DNA from: a virus
Lineage: Duplodnaviria; Heunggongvirae; Uroviricota; Caudoviricetes
IMG/VR virus record: IMGVR_UViG_2872185964_000007
Reading direction: 5' to 3' (one strand)
DNA length: 43,521 bases
Below are positions 1 to 9,736 of the stretch, piece after piece; position 1 is the first letter of the stretch, and each line of letters begins with the position of its first letter. Made by a program: the position numbers and the translations under genes. The notes beneath the pieces are model-generated. The model had not been told where the DNA came from and searched no databases. It saw nothing but the letters and a program-made list of their open reading frames with translations.

Positions 1-273
1 TTATTTGATATATGAATCCAGCACCTTCAGAACGACATCCAGATCTTCTTCACGTTTTAGCTCATCCCCCTGGTGAACGATGTGTTCCGTCAGATGACCT
101 TTAATCACTTCCCGCATCAGACCGTTTACCGCGCCACGGATAGCAGCAATCTGTTGTAAAACTGCAGCGCATTCGTGCGGCTCGTCGAGCATTTTCTTGA
201 GCGCCACGACCTGGCCCTGAATCTTACTGGCACGCGCTTTCAGTTTCTGTTTATCACGGATTGTATGAGACAT
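1..273 (-). CDS. rcnR: Ni/Co-responsive transcriptional repressor RcnR (CsoR/RcnR family), complete
   Basis: 90-aa ORF matching E. coli RcnR over its full length as recalled; divergent from rcnA with operator-like repeats in the intergenic region. Confidence 0.9.
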
Positions 274-321
274 GGCAACACCTGGTTAACAAGAATATGA
301 AAAATCATAGCACTATTAATC

Positions 322-354
322 TACTGGGGGTAGTATCAGGTACTGAGGGGAGTA
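322..354. promoter_or_regulatory. Two RcnR operator-like sites (TACTGGGGGTAGTA at 322-335, TACTGAGGGGAGTA at 341-354)
   Basis: Read directly; fits the TACT-G-tract-AGTA operator architecture described for RcnR in the rcnR-rcnA intergenic region. Confidence 0.65.
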
Positions 355-391
355 GAATCAGATTGCCGAATTAATACTAAGAATTATTATC

Positions 392-634
392 ATGACCGAA
401 TTTACAACTCTTCTTCAGCAAGGAAACGCCTGGTTCTTCATCCCCAGCGCCATCTTACTTGGTGCGCTTCATGGTCTGGAACCAGGGCACTCAAAAACGA
501 TGATGGCGGCGTTTATCATCGCCATCAAAGGCACCATTAAACAGGCGGTGATGCTCGGACTGGCAGCAACCATTTCGCAGACCGCGGTGGTCTGGTTGAT
601 TGCCTTTGGCGGGATGGTGATCAGTAAGCGCTGA
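392..634 (+). pseudogene. rcnA: rcnA (Ni/Co efflux pump) 5' fragment, first 80 codons only, cut at an IS junction
   Basis: ORF matches the RcnA N-terminus (MTEFTTLLQQGNAWFF...) then stops at a TGA created at the junction with IS110-family sequence; the remainder of the ~274-aa protein is absent. Confidence 0.85.
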
Positions 635-748
635 TATGACTTTCCGTGTCAAACCGGAATCTCTAATTTTGACGATTTTCTTTTTAGGTTTAATTCCCTG
701 AGGGCGACGTAGCAGTAAATCCGACGGTGAATCGGTAATGACTCCAAC

Positions 749-1126
749 TTATTGATAGTGTTTTATGTTCAGATAATGCCCGATGACTTTGTCATGCAGC
801 TCCACCGATTTTGAGAACGACAGCGACTTCCGTCCCAGCCGTGCCAGGTGCTGCCTCAGATTCAGGTTATGCCGCTCAATTCGCTGCGTATATCGCTTGC
901 TGATTACGTGCAGCTTTCCCTTCAGGCGGGATTCATACAGTGGCCAGCCATCCGTCATCCATATCACCACGTCAAAGGGTGACAGCAAGCTCATAAGACG
1001 CCCCTGCGTCGCCATAGTGCGTTCACCGAATACGTGCGCAACAACCGTCTTCCGGAGCCTGTCATACGCGTAAAACAGCCAGCGCTGGCGCGATTTAGCC
1101 CCGACGTATCCCCACTGTTCGTCCAT
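749..1126 (-). CDS. insB: IS1 transposase InsB (expressed as InsAB' by frameshifting)
   Basis: 125-aa ORF matching IS1 InsB as recalled. Confidence 0.9.
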   Translation of the reverse strand: MDEQWGYVGAKSRQRWLFYAYDRLRKTVVAHVFGERTMATQGRLMSLLSPFDVVIWMTDGWPLYESRLKGKLHVISKRYTQRIERHNLNLRQHLARLGRKSLSFSKSVELHDKVIGHYLNIKHYQ

Positions 1127-1170
1127 TTCCGCGCAGACGATGACGTCACTGCCCGGCTGTATGCGCGAGG

Positions 1171-1446
1171 TTACCGACTGCGGCCTGAGTTTTTTAAGTG
1201 ACGTAAAATCGTGTTGAGGCTAACGCCCATAATGCGTGCAGTTGCCCGGCATCCAACGCCATTCATGGCCATATCAATAATTTTCTGGTGCGTACCGGGT
1301 TGAGAAGCGGTGTAAGTGAACTGCAGTTGCCATGTTTTACGGCAGTGAGAGCAGAGATAGCGCTGATGTCCGGCAGTGCTTTTGCCGTTACGCACCACCC
1401 CGTCAGTAGCTGAACAGGAGGGACAGCTGATAGAAACAGAAGCCAC
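1171..1446 (-). CDS. insA: IS1 InsA
   Basis: 91-aa ORF matching IS1 InsA as recalled. Confidence 0.9.
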   Translation of the reverse strand: MASVSISCPSCSATDGVVRNGKSTAGHQRYLCSHCRKTWQLQFTYTASQPGTHQKIIDMAMNGVGCRATARIMGVSLNTILRHLKNSGRSR

Positions 1447-1674
1447 TGGAGCACCTCAAAAACACCATCATACACTAAATCAGTAAGTTGGCAGCATCAC
1501 CCGGTGAATCACGCTGATATTCGCGGGTTGGATACCGCATTACAGAGGTCCGTCATATGAGCCTGCCACTTTCTTACGTCGCGAATCAGCTTTGTTCCGC
1601 CGTCGCCAAGCGCTAACGTGGGTTACTCTTGTACCGGGCTACGTCGCCTTCAGGGAACTGGTTATTCTCATTTT

Positions 1675-2849
1675 TTATTTGTGACATTGTGGTTGTTGTG
1701 CGACAGACATTGCTATTCGGCCCATATCCCAGATAAAACCCGCCAGCTCACGTGCAACAGCAACAATTGTAATATTGACATTCTTTCCTTTGGCCTGAAG
1801 TTTTCGATACCTCTTACAAAGCCTGAGTTGAGCATCCCATGCTCTGTCAATGACGGGGCGGGGTAAATTTTCCTGCCTTTTTTGTATTGCCGGACTGATG
1901 CGTGCCGGATGACGGTAACTCCACGCTGCCTCGACCAATAGCTTTCTGGCATAGCTGTTTCCGGCTTTGGTAATGCTGCCCTGATGTCTGCTTCCACCCG
2001 ATGAATATTCTGATGGCGTGATACCAAACCATGACATCAGTTGTCGTGGATGTTCAAAACGGGTCAGATCACCCAGTTCAGAAATTAATCCAACCGCAGT
2101 AATAAACTGAATCCCTCGCATGGCTTGCAGCGCCTCTACTACCGGATACAGCCTCCATTCGGTAACGGCCTCCTTCAGGGCGGATTCCAGCCGTTCACAT
2201 TGTGCCTGCCGGTCTTCTATTGTACGACGGTGTTCGTCAAAAGCTAATTGTCGCCAGGGACTTTCGAATGAGTATTTGCTGAGCCAGCGTCGGTGTGCAG
2301 GGCCCCAATCTGCTCGCCCGACATAATGGACCCCATGAACCAGAAGAAACGATTTCAGACGTTGCCTTGCATGCCGTAAATCATCGCGGGCAGATGCCCA
2401 TGCCCGGGCCAAATCCCGGAATGCCTCATCTTCAATGCCGGGTACGTAGACAGCAGAAAGATCTCCTGCACGCAGTGAACGCACAAGTCTGATGGCATCA
2501 CGGCGATCGGTTTTAACCCGCTCCCCCGGTTTTTTCGGGATAAGTGAGGGGCGCAGACCATGCAGTCAAAACCGGATTTCACCAGCCGACGATAAAGTCC
2601 ATAACCACAGGGCCCCGCTTCATAAACGATACTGACCTGCGATGACTTTGACCTGAGACGTTTACAAAGATTCTGAATATCAGTAGGTGATGTGCCAATT
2701 TTACCCATCAGTTCAACAGGTTCTGAATTGATAGCATAAGCGACAGTAATCGATTCTTTGTGAACATCTAACCCGACGTACAATGTGTTATTGTTGTTCA
2801 TGCTGGCCTCCGTGGTGGAAATACCGGGGTGTAGCAACAGCTCACCCAT
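1675..2849 (-). pseudogene. IS110-family DEDD transposase, copy 1, frameshifted
   Basis: Two overlapping ORFs (2355-2849 and 1675-2484) together cover the 391-aa protein of copy 2; the G-run at 2548-2551 has 4 bases where copy 2 has 5 (8567-8571). Confidence 0.85.
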
Positions 2850-2931
2850 GCGGCTCTGACAACGATGTTAACCCGCGTTAAATATCCCACGTTGGCCAGC
2901 ATCTGTCTCACGGAAAGTCATACTGCCTTAC

Positions 2932-3231
2932 CCAGATGTTGTCTCAGATTCAGATTATGTCGCTCAATGCGCTGAGTGTAACGCTTGCTGATAACGTGCA
3001 GCTTTCCCTTCAGGCGTGATTCATACAGCGGCCAGCCATCCGTCATCCATACCACGACCTCAAAGGCCGACAGCAGGCTCAGAAGACGCTCCAGTGTGGC
3101 CAGAGTGCGTTCACCGAAGACGTGCGCCACAACCGTCCTCCGTATCCTGTCATACGCGTAAAACAGCCAGCGCTGACGTGATTTAGCACCGACGTAGCCC
3201 CACTGTTCGTCCATTTCAGCGCAGACAATCA
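2932..3231 (-). mobile_element. IS1-variant internal fragment (insB-like), bounded by IS2 and by the IS1111-type copy 1
   Basis: ORF 2918-3268 is InsB-like but divergent from the two canonical IS1 copies; fragment ends ...ACATCTGG at 2932-2939 (reverse complement). Confidence 0.8.
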
Positions 3232-3242
3232 TGGATTTGCCC

Positions 3243-4148
3243 CTATATTTCCAGACATCTGTTATCACTTAACCCATTACAAGCCCGCTGCCGCAGATAT
3301 TCCCGTGGCGAGCGATAACCCAGCGCACTATGCGGATGCCATTCGTTATAATGCTCGAACGCCTCTGCAAGGTTCTTTGCTGCCGTTACCCCGTCTGGTT
3401 TGGGCATGATACTGATGTAGTCACGCTTTATCGTTTTCACGAAGCTCTCTGCTATTCCGTTACTCTCCGGACTCCGCACCGCCGTGTTCTTCGGTTCAAG
3501 TCCCAACATCCGGGCGAACTGGCGTGTTTCATTAGCCCGGTAGCATGAACCATTATCCGTCAGCCACTCCACTGGAGACGACGGAAGATCGTTGCCGAAG
3601 CGGCGTTCCACCGCACCCAGCATGACGTCCTGTACTGTTTCACTGTTGAAGCCGCCGGTAGTCACCGCCCAGTGCAGTGCCTCACGATAACAGCAGTCCA
3701 GCGCGAACGTGACACGCAGTCTCTCTCCGTTATCACAGCAGAACTCGAACCCGTCAGAGCACCATCGCTGATTGCTTTCTTTCACGGCCACTCTGCCTGT
3801 ATGTGCCCGTTTCGATGGCGGTACAGCAGGTTTTCGCTCAAGCAACAGCGCATTCTGGCGCATGATCCGGTAAACACGTTTGGCATTGATCGCAGGCATA
3901 CCATCAAGTTCTGCCTGTCTGCGAAGCAGCGCCCATACCCGACGATAACCATACGTGGGCAGCTCTCCGATAACATGGTGTATACGGAGAAGCACATCCG
4001 TATCATCAGTGTGACGACTGCGGCGGCCATCCATCCAGTCATCGGTTCGTCTGAGAATGACGTGCAACTGCGCACGCGACACCCGGAGACAACGGCTGAC
4101 TAAGCTTACTCCCCATCCCCGGGCAATAAGGGCGCGTGCGCTATCCAC
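3243..4148 (-). CDS. insD: IS2 transposase OrfB (InsD)
   Basis: 301-aa ORF matching IS2 InsD as recalled. Confidence 0.9.
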   Translation of the reverse strand: MDSARALIARGWGVSLVSRCLRVSRAQLHVILRRTDDWMDGRRSRHTDDTDVLLRIHHVIGELPTYGYRRVWALLRRQAELDGMPAINAKRVYRIMRQNALLLERKPAVPPSKRAHTGRVAVKESNQRWCSDGFEFCCDNGERLRVTFALDCCYREALHWAVTTGGFNSETVQDVMLGAVERRFGNDLPSSPVEWLTDNGSCYRANETRQFARMLGLEPKNTAVRSPESNGIAESFVKTIKRDYISIMPKPDGVTAAKNLAEAFEHYNEWHPHSALGYRSPREYLRQRACNGLSDNRCLEI

Positions 4149-4467
4149 TTTTTTGCCCGTCCATATTCAACGGCTTCTTTGAGGAGTTCATTTTCCATCG
4201 TTTTCTTGCCGAGCAGGCGCTGGAGTTCTTTAATCTGCTTCATGGCGGCAGCAAGTTCAGAGGCAGGAACAACCTGTTCTCCGGCGGCCACAGCAGTAAG
4301 ACTTCCTTCCTGGTATTGCTTACGCCAGAGAAATAACTGGCTGCTACACCATGTTGCCGGGCAACGAGGGAGACCGTCATCCCCGGTTCAAAGCTCTGCT
4401 GAACAATTGCGATCTTTTCCTGTGTGGTACGCCGTCTGCGTTTCTCCGGCCCTAAGACATCAATCAT
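4106..4467 (-). pseudogene. insC: IS2 OrfA (InsC), frameshifted by an apparent 4-bp deletion
   Basis: InsC N-terminus ([13 protein letters not shown]...) and C-terminus (...[17 protein letters not shown]...) lie in different frames; element is 1327 bp versus the 1331 bp I recall for IS2; break near 4338-4342. Confidence 0.7.
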
Positions 4468-4558
4468 CTGTACTCCAATGACTAGTCTAAAAACTAGTAT
4501 TAAGACTATCACTTATTTAAGTGATACTGGTTGTCTGGAGATTCAGGGGGCCAGTCTA

Positions 4559-5370
4559 GCAAGTCGTTTTGGTTATGCTGCAAACCAGATACGCCGTGAC
4601 CGTCCGCTGACACATGAAGAACTGATACGCCATGTACCCAGTATTTTTGGGGAAGACCGGCACACCTCCCGCAGTGAACGGTATGCGTACATTCCCACCA
4701 TTACCGTCCTGGAAAATCTGCAGCGGGAAGGCTTTCAGCCGTTCTTCGCCTGCCAGACCCGTGTGCGCGACCCGGGCCGCCGGGGATACACAAAACACAT
4801 GCTGCGTCTGCGGCGGGCCGGAGAGATAAACGGAGAACATGTCCCTGAAATTATTCTGCTCAACTCTCATGACGGTACCTCCAGCTACCAGATGCTGCCG
4901 GGTTACTTCAGGTTCGTCTGCCAGAACGGGTGCGTCTGTGGCCAGTCTCTGGGGAAGTGCGTGTTCCACACCGGGGAAATGTAGTGGAGAAAGTTATCGA
5001 AGGGGCTTACGAGGTGGTGGGCGTGTTTGACCGGATAGAGGAGAAGCGTGATGCCATGCAGTCGCTGGTCCTGCCGCCACCGGCACGCCAGGCGCTGGCA
5101 CAGGCGGCACTGACTTACCGTTATGGTGACGAACATCAGCCCGTCACCACCGCCGACATTCTGACGCCGCGACGCCGGGAGGATTACGGTAAGGACCTGT
5201 GGAGCGCATATCAGACCATCCAGGAGAATATGCTGAAAGGCGGGATTTCCGGTCGCAGTGCAAAAGGAAAACGTATCCATACCCGGGCCATTCACAGCAT
5301 TGATACCGACATTAAGCTCAATCGCGCATTGTGGGTGATGGCAGAAACGATGCTGGAGAGCCTGCGCTGA
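4559..5370 (+). pseudogene. DUF932-family (YfjQ/YafZ-like) cryptic-prophage protein, 5'-truncated by IS2 and frameshifted
   Basis: Protein similarity begins immediately after the IS2 terminus; ORFs 4424-4984 and 4930-5370 are consecutive parts in different frames. Confidence 0.6.
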
Positions 5371-5451
5371 TGCCGTTTCCCTGAGTGAGGGAATCATTCA
5401 GCTTTCGTTCCTGAAAAACACACATTTATTTGTTATTTAAGGAGTTATCTC

Positions 5452-5930
5452 ATGAAAACCGTTTCTCAGAATACCCCACAATTTATTCAGCTACAACACC
5501 AGAGAATAATCCGCCTCAGTTGGTTGCCAGCCTCGTCCCTGATGAACAGCGCATCAACTTCTGGCCGCAGCATTTTGGCCTCATTCCACAGTGGGTGACC
5601 CTGGAGCCCCGTGTCTTCGGCTGGATGGACCGTCTGTGCGAAGACTACTGCGGTGGTATCTGGAATCTGTACACCCTGAACAACGGCGGGGCATTTATGG
5701 CACCCGAACCGGATGACGATGATGACGAAACATGGGTACTGTTCAATGCCATGAACGGTAACCGCGCAGAAATGAGCCCGGAAGCCGCCGGTATTGCCGC
5801 CTGTCTGATGACGTACAGTCATCATGCCTGTCGTACGGAGAATTATGCCATGACGGTCCATTATTACCGGTTGCGGGATTACGCCCTGCAGCATCCGGAA
5901 TGCAGCGCCATTATGCGCATCATCGACTGA
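5452..5930 (+). pseudogene. KlcA/ArdB-like antirestriction protein (CP4-type prophage family), probable N-terminal frameshift
   Basis: ATG at 5452 has a strong RBS (AAGGAG at 5438-5443) but its frame stops after 48 codons; the conserved body (...TPENNPPQLVASLVPDEQRINFWPQHFG...) is in another frame with no ATG. Confidence 0.55.
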
Positions 5931-5945
5931 ATGGAGAGAAGCACA

Positions 5946-6422
5946 ATGCAACAACTTTCCTTTCTGCCCGGAGAGATGACTCCCGGCGAGCGCAGCCTCA
6001 TTCAACGGGCCCTGAAAACCCTGGACCGCCATCTTCATGAACCCGGCGTGACCTTCACCTCCACCCGTGCAGCACGGGAATGGCTGATTCTGAACATGGC
6101 GGGACTGGAGCGTGAAGAATTCCGGGTGCTGTATCTGAACAACCAGAATCAGCTGATTGCCGGTGAAACCCTCTTCACCGGCACCATCAACCGCACGGAA
6201 GTCCATCCCCGGGAAGTGATTAAACGCGCCCTGTACCACAATGCCGCTGCCGTGGTACTGGCACACAATCACCCGTCCGGTGAAGTCACACCCAGTAAGG
6301 CAGACCGGCTTATCACCGAACGTCTGGTACAGGCACTGGGCCTGGTGGATATCCGGGTGCCGGACCATCTGATAGTCGGTGGCAACCAGGTTTTCTCCTT
6401 TGCCGAACATGGTCTGCTTTAA
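5946..6422 (+). CDS. RadC-like JAB-domain protein (YeeS/YkfG/YfjY family)
   Basis: Family match including the HNHPSGE motif; GGAGAG RBS before ATG 5946. Confidence 0.75.
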   Translation: MQQLSFLPGEMTPGERSLIQRALKTLDRHLHEPGVTFTSTRAAREWLILNMAGLEREEFRVLYLNNQNQLIAGETLFTGTINRTEVHPREVIKRALYHNAAAVVLAHNHPSGEVTPSKADRLITERLVQALGLVDIRVPDHLIVGGNQVFSFAEHGLL

Positions 6423-6484
6423 CCCTTCACAACCACATCACACCTGTTTTCACTTTTATCTTCTGTCTTCAGAGGTATCCCATT

Positions 6485-6706
6485 ATGAAAATTATCACCC
6501 GTGGTGAAGCCATGCGTATTCACCAACAACATCCGACATCCCGTCTTTTTCCGTTCTGTACCGGTAAATACCGCTGGCACGGCAGTGCTGAAGCGTATAC
6601 CGGTCGTGAAGTGCAGGATATTCCCGGTGTGCTGGCCGTGTTTGCTGAACGCCGTAAGGACAGTTTTGGTCCGTATGTCCGGCTGATGAGCGTCACCCTG
6701 AACTGA
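6485..6706 (+). CDS. DUF987 protein (YeeT/YkfH family)
   Basis: 73-aa ORF matching the YeeT family as recalled. Confidence 0.7.
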   Translation: MKIITRGEAMRIHQQHPTSRLFPFCTGKYRWHGSAEAYTGREVQDIPGVLAVFAERRKDSFGPYVRLMSVTLN

Positions 6707-6779
6707 GTGGGAATTCTGATGAGCAGAATTATCGCCACTACCGGACCATTCTTAGCCGATTTTCTGTAAGGATTTTATC

Positions 6780-7148
6780 GTGTCAGACACACTCCCCGGG
6801 ACAACACTTCCCGACGACAATCACGACCGCCCCTGGTGGGGGCTGCCCTGCACCGTGACGCCCTGTTTCGGGGCACGTCTGGTGCAGGAGGGTAACCGGT
6901 TGCATTACCTTGCCGACCGCGCCGGTATCAGAGGCCTGTTCAGCGATGCAGATGCGTACCACCTGGACCAGGCCTTTCCGCTGCTGATGAAACAACTGGA
7001 ACTCATGCTCACCAGCGGTGAACTGAATCCCCGCCATCAGCATACCGTCACGCTGTATGCAAAAGGGCTGACCTGCAAAGCCGATACCCTCAGCAGTTGT
7101 GGTTACGTTTATCTGGCTGTTTATCCGACGCCCGAAATGAAAAATTAA
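6780..7148 (+). CDS. cbeA: Type IV antitoxin, CbeA/YeeU family
   Basis: 122-aa ORF matching the YeeU/CbeA family; paralog (CbeA vs YafW vs YfjZ) not resolved; CP4-44 assignment suggested by the YeeW-like gene downstream. Confidence 0.7.
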   Translation: MSDTLPGTTLPDDNHDRPWWGLPCTVTPCFGARLVQEGNRLHYLADRAGIRGLFSDADAYHLDQAFPLLMKQLELMLTSGELNPRHQHTVTLYAKGLTCKADTLSSCGYVYLAVYPTPEMKN

Positions 7149-7236
7149 CTCTCCAGAATAGCCTTCTGCTACGGCCTGGTGTTTTCACCACGCCACTTTT
7201 CCATTTTTATATCTGCATATCAGGAAAATCTTCAGT

Positions 7237-7611
7237 ATGAAAACATTACCTGTATTACCCGGGCAGGCGGCCAGTTCTCGCCCGTCTCCTGTTGAAATCT
7301 GGCAGATACTGCTGTCCCGACTGCTGGACCAGCACTATGGCCTCACACTGAATGACACACCTTTTGCCGATGAACGTGTGATTGAGCAGCATATTGAGGC
7401 AGGCATTTCACTGTGTGATGCGGTGAACTTTCTCGTGGAAAAATACGCGCTGGTGCGTACCGACCAGCCGGGATTCAGCGCCTGTACCCGCTCTCAGTTA
7501 ATAAACAGCATCGATATCCTCCGGGCTCGCAGGGCGACCGGCCTGATGACCCGCGACAATTACAGAACGGTAAATAACATTACCCTGGGTAAGTATCCGG
7601 AGGCGAAATGA
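7237..7611 (+). CDS. cbtA: Type IV toxin, CbtA/YeeV family (cytoskeleton-targeting)
   Basis: 124-aa ORF matching the YeeV/CbtA family; immediately downstream of the antitoxin; paralog not resolved. Confidence 0.7.
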   Translation: MKTLPVLPGQAASSRPSPVEIWQILLSRLLDQHYGLTLNDTPFADERVIEQHIEAGISLCDAVNFLVEKYALVRTDQPGFSACTRSQLINSIDILRARRATGLMTRDNYRTVNNITLGKYPEAK

Positions 7612-7802
7612 TGACACTGGAAGCCGACAGCGTTAACGTACAGGCGCTGGATATGGGACACATTGTCGTTGACATTGATGGTGTTAATATCACTGAACTG
7701 ATTAATAAGGCCGCTGAAAACGGTTATTCACTCCGCGTGGTGGATGACCGTGACTCTACCGAAACACCGGCAACTTATGCCAGCCCTCACCAGTTGCTGT
7801 AA
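7608..7802 (+). CDS. YeeW-like small protein
   Basis: 64-aa ORF overlapping the toxin stop by 4 bp (ATGA), as in CP4-44. Confidence 0.5.
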   Translation: MMTLEADSVNVQALDMGHIVVDIDGVNITELINKAAENGYSLRVVDDRDSTETPATYASPHQLL

Positions 7803-8316
7803 GACAATGCAGTGATACAGGGTATAGTGCCATTAACCACAGAAACAGCACTGTTGTCCTGTATTTAGCAGGCAAGAGAAGATGTCCTTACCCTGCGCCA
7901 TCTGCAGCTTCTGCACCAGAACCGGTGAATCTCACTCAACAGGCTTCATTTCTCCTGACGCCAGCCTGAATACAGCTGGCGTTTTCATTTATAAACAGAA
8001 AGGAAAACCGATAATAATGGAATGGACGCCCCGACCATGAAGCAACGGTAGGATATTACTGATAAACCTTCCAGTGGAGGTGCGTTATGGCCGTTTTAAC
8101 GATTAGCATTGACCTGACAAAAAATGAATTCCAAATCCACGGTCTGGGTAGGAACAGAAAAATCTAAGCTCAGAAAACGGATTAAAGTAAGGCAGTATGA
8201 CTTTCCGTGAGACAGATGCTGGCCAACGTGGGATATTTAACGCGGGTTAACATCGTTGTCAGAGCCGCATGGGTGAGCTGTTGCTACACCCCGGTATTTC
8301 CACCACGGAGGCCAGC

Positions 8317-9444
8317 ATGAACAACAATAACACATTGTACGTCGGGTTAGATGTTCACAAAGAATCGATTACTGTCGCTTATGCTATCAATTCAGAACCT
8401 GTTGAACTGATGGGTAAAATTGGCACATCACCTACTGATATTCAGAATCTTTGTAAACGTCTCAGGTCAAAGTCATCGCAGGTCAGTATCGTTTATGAAG
8501 CGGGGCCCTGTGGTTATGGACTTTATCGTCGGCTGGTGAAATCCGGTTTTGACTGCATGGTCTGCGCCCCCTCACTTATCCCGAAAAAACCGGGGGAGCG
8601 GGTTAAAACCGATCGCCGTGATGCCATCAGACTTGTGCGTTCACTGCGTGCAGGAGATCTTTCTGCTGTCTACGTACCCGGTATTGAAGATGAGGCATTC
8701 CGGGATTTGGCCCGGGCATGGGCATCTGCCCGCGATGATTTACGGCATGCAAGGCAACGTCTGAAATCGTTTCTTCTGGTTCATGGGGTCCATTATGTCG
8801 GGCGAGCAGATTGGGGCCCTGCACACCGACGCTGGCTCAGCAAATACTCATTCGAAAGTCCCTGGCGACAATTAGCTTTTGACGAACACCGTCGTACAAT
8901 AGAAGACCGGCAGGCACAATGTGAACGGCTGGAATCCGCCCTGAAGGAGGCCGTTACCGAATGGAGGCTGTATCCGGTAGTAGAGGCGCTGCAAGCCATG
9001 CGAGGGATTCAGTTTATTACTGCGGTTGGATTAATTTCTGAACTGGGTGATCTGACCCGTTTTGAACATCCACGACAACTGATGTCATGGTTTGGTATCA
9101 CGCCATCAGAATATTCATCGGGTGGAAGCAGACATCAGGGCAGCATTACCAAAGCCGGAAACAGCTATGCCAGAAAGCTATTGGTCGAGGCAGCGTGGAG
9201 TTACCGTCATCCGGCACGCATCAGTCCGGCAATACAAAAAAGGCAGGAAAATTTACCCCGCCCCGTCATTGACAGAGCATGGGATGCTCAACTCAGGCTT
9301 TGTAAGAGGTATCGAAAACTTCAGGCCAAAGGAAAGAATGTCAATATTACAATTGTTGCTGTTGCACGTGAGCTGGCGGGTTTTATCTGGGATATGGGCC
9401 GAATAGCAATGTCTGTCGCACAACAACCACAATGTCACAAATAA
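8317..9444 (+). CDS. IS110-family DEDD transposase/recombinase
   Basis: N-terminal LYVGLDVHK motif typical of the family; GGAGG RBS before ATG 8317 (ORF track begins at upstream ATG 8269). Confidence 0.85.
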   Translation: MNNNNTLYVGLDVHKESITVAYAINSEPVELMGKIGTSPTDIQNLCKRLRSKSSQVSIVYEAGPCGYGLYRRLVKSGFDCMVCAPSLIPKKPGERVKTDRRDAIRLVRSLRAGDLSAVYVPGIEDEAFRDLARAWASARDDLRHARQRLKSFLLVHGVHYVGRADWGPAHRRWLSKYSFESPWRQLAFDEHRRTIEDRQAQCERLESALKEAVTEWRLYPVVEALQAMRGIQFITAVGLISELGDLTRFEHPRQLMSWFGITPSEYSSGGSRHQGSITKAGNSYARKLLVEAAWSYRHPARISPAIQKRQENLPRPVIDRAWDAQLRLCKRYRKLQAKGKNVNITIVAVARELAGFIWDMGRIAMSVAQQPQCHK

Positions 9445-9713
9445 AAAATGAGAATAACCAGTTCCCTGAAGGCGACGTAGCCCGGTACAAGAGTAACCCA
9501 CGTTAGCGCTTGGCGACGGCGGAACAAAGCTGATTCGCGACGTAAGAAAGTGGCAGGCTCATATGACGGACCTCTGTAATGCGGTATCCAACCCGCGAAT
9601 ATCAGCGTGATTCACCGTCGGATTTACTGCTACGTCGCCCTCAGGGAATTAAACCTAAAAAGAAAATCGTCAAAATTAGAGATTCCGGTTTGACACGGAA
9701 AGTCATATCAGCG
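9445..9713 (+). ncRNA. Candidate guide RNA (seekRNA/bridge-RNA type) in the 3' non-coding region of the IS1111-type element
   Basis: Long-range inverted repeat 9462-9481 / 9629-9648 (19 of 20 complementary); position matches where IS1111-subgroup elements encode their guide RNA; no transcript evidence. Confidence 0.35.
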
Positions 9714-9736
9714 TCAACGGAGCACCGTATTGACGC

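Larger units (their letters stand above)
734..1501 (-). mobile_element. IS1 (768 bp) nested inside IS1111-type copy 1
   Basis: Canonical IS1 ends GGTAATGACTCC... / ...GGCAGCATCACC; perfect 9-bp target duplication CGGTGAATC at 725-733 and 1502-1510. Confidence 0.95.
629..2931 (-). mobile_element. IS110-family (IS1111-type) element, copy 1, inactivated by nested IS1 and a transposase frameshift
   Basis: Collinear with the intact copy at 8187-9713 in reverse orientation, except for the IS1 insertion and a 1-bp shorter homopolymer run. Confidence 0.8.
3232..4558 (-). mobile_element. IS2 (1327 bp), defective
   Basis: IS2 termini recognised (TAGACTGGCCCCCTGAATCTCC... and ...GGAAATATAGGGGCAAATCCA); flanking 5-mers differ (no target duplication), so it sits at a rearrangement junction. 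Confidence 0.9.
8187..9713 (+). mobile_element. IS110-family (IS1111-type) element, copy 2, apparently intact (~1.53 kb)
   Basis: Subterminal inverted repeats TATGACTTTCCGTG at 8196-8209 and 9694-9707; short 5' and long (~270 bp) 3' non-coding regions; AG at both junctions (8190-8191, 9710-9711). Confidence 0.8.

Noticed and set aside
1263-1475. 70-aa ORF overlapping insA inside IS1 (also at 18534-18746)
   Set aside because: Alternative-frame ORF inherent to IS1, not one of its recognised genes; no independent evidence of coding.
7803-8186. Short ORF (MAVLTISIDLTKNEFQIHGLGRNRKI, ~8088-8168) resembling a transposase N-terminus
   Set aside because: Only 26 codons before a stop and no recognisable element ends; probably a remnant, not callable as a gene.
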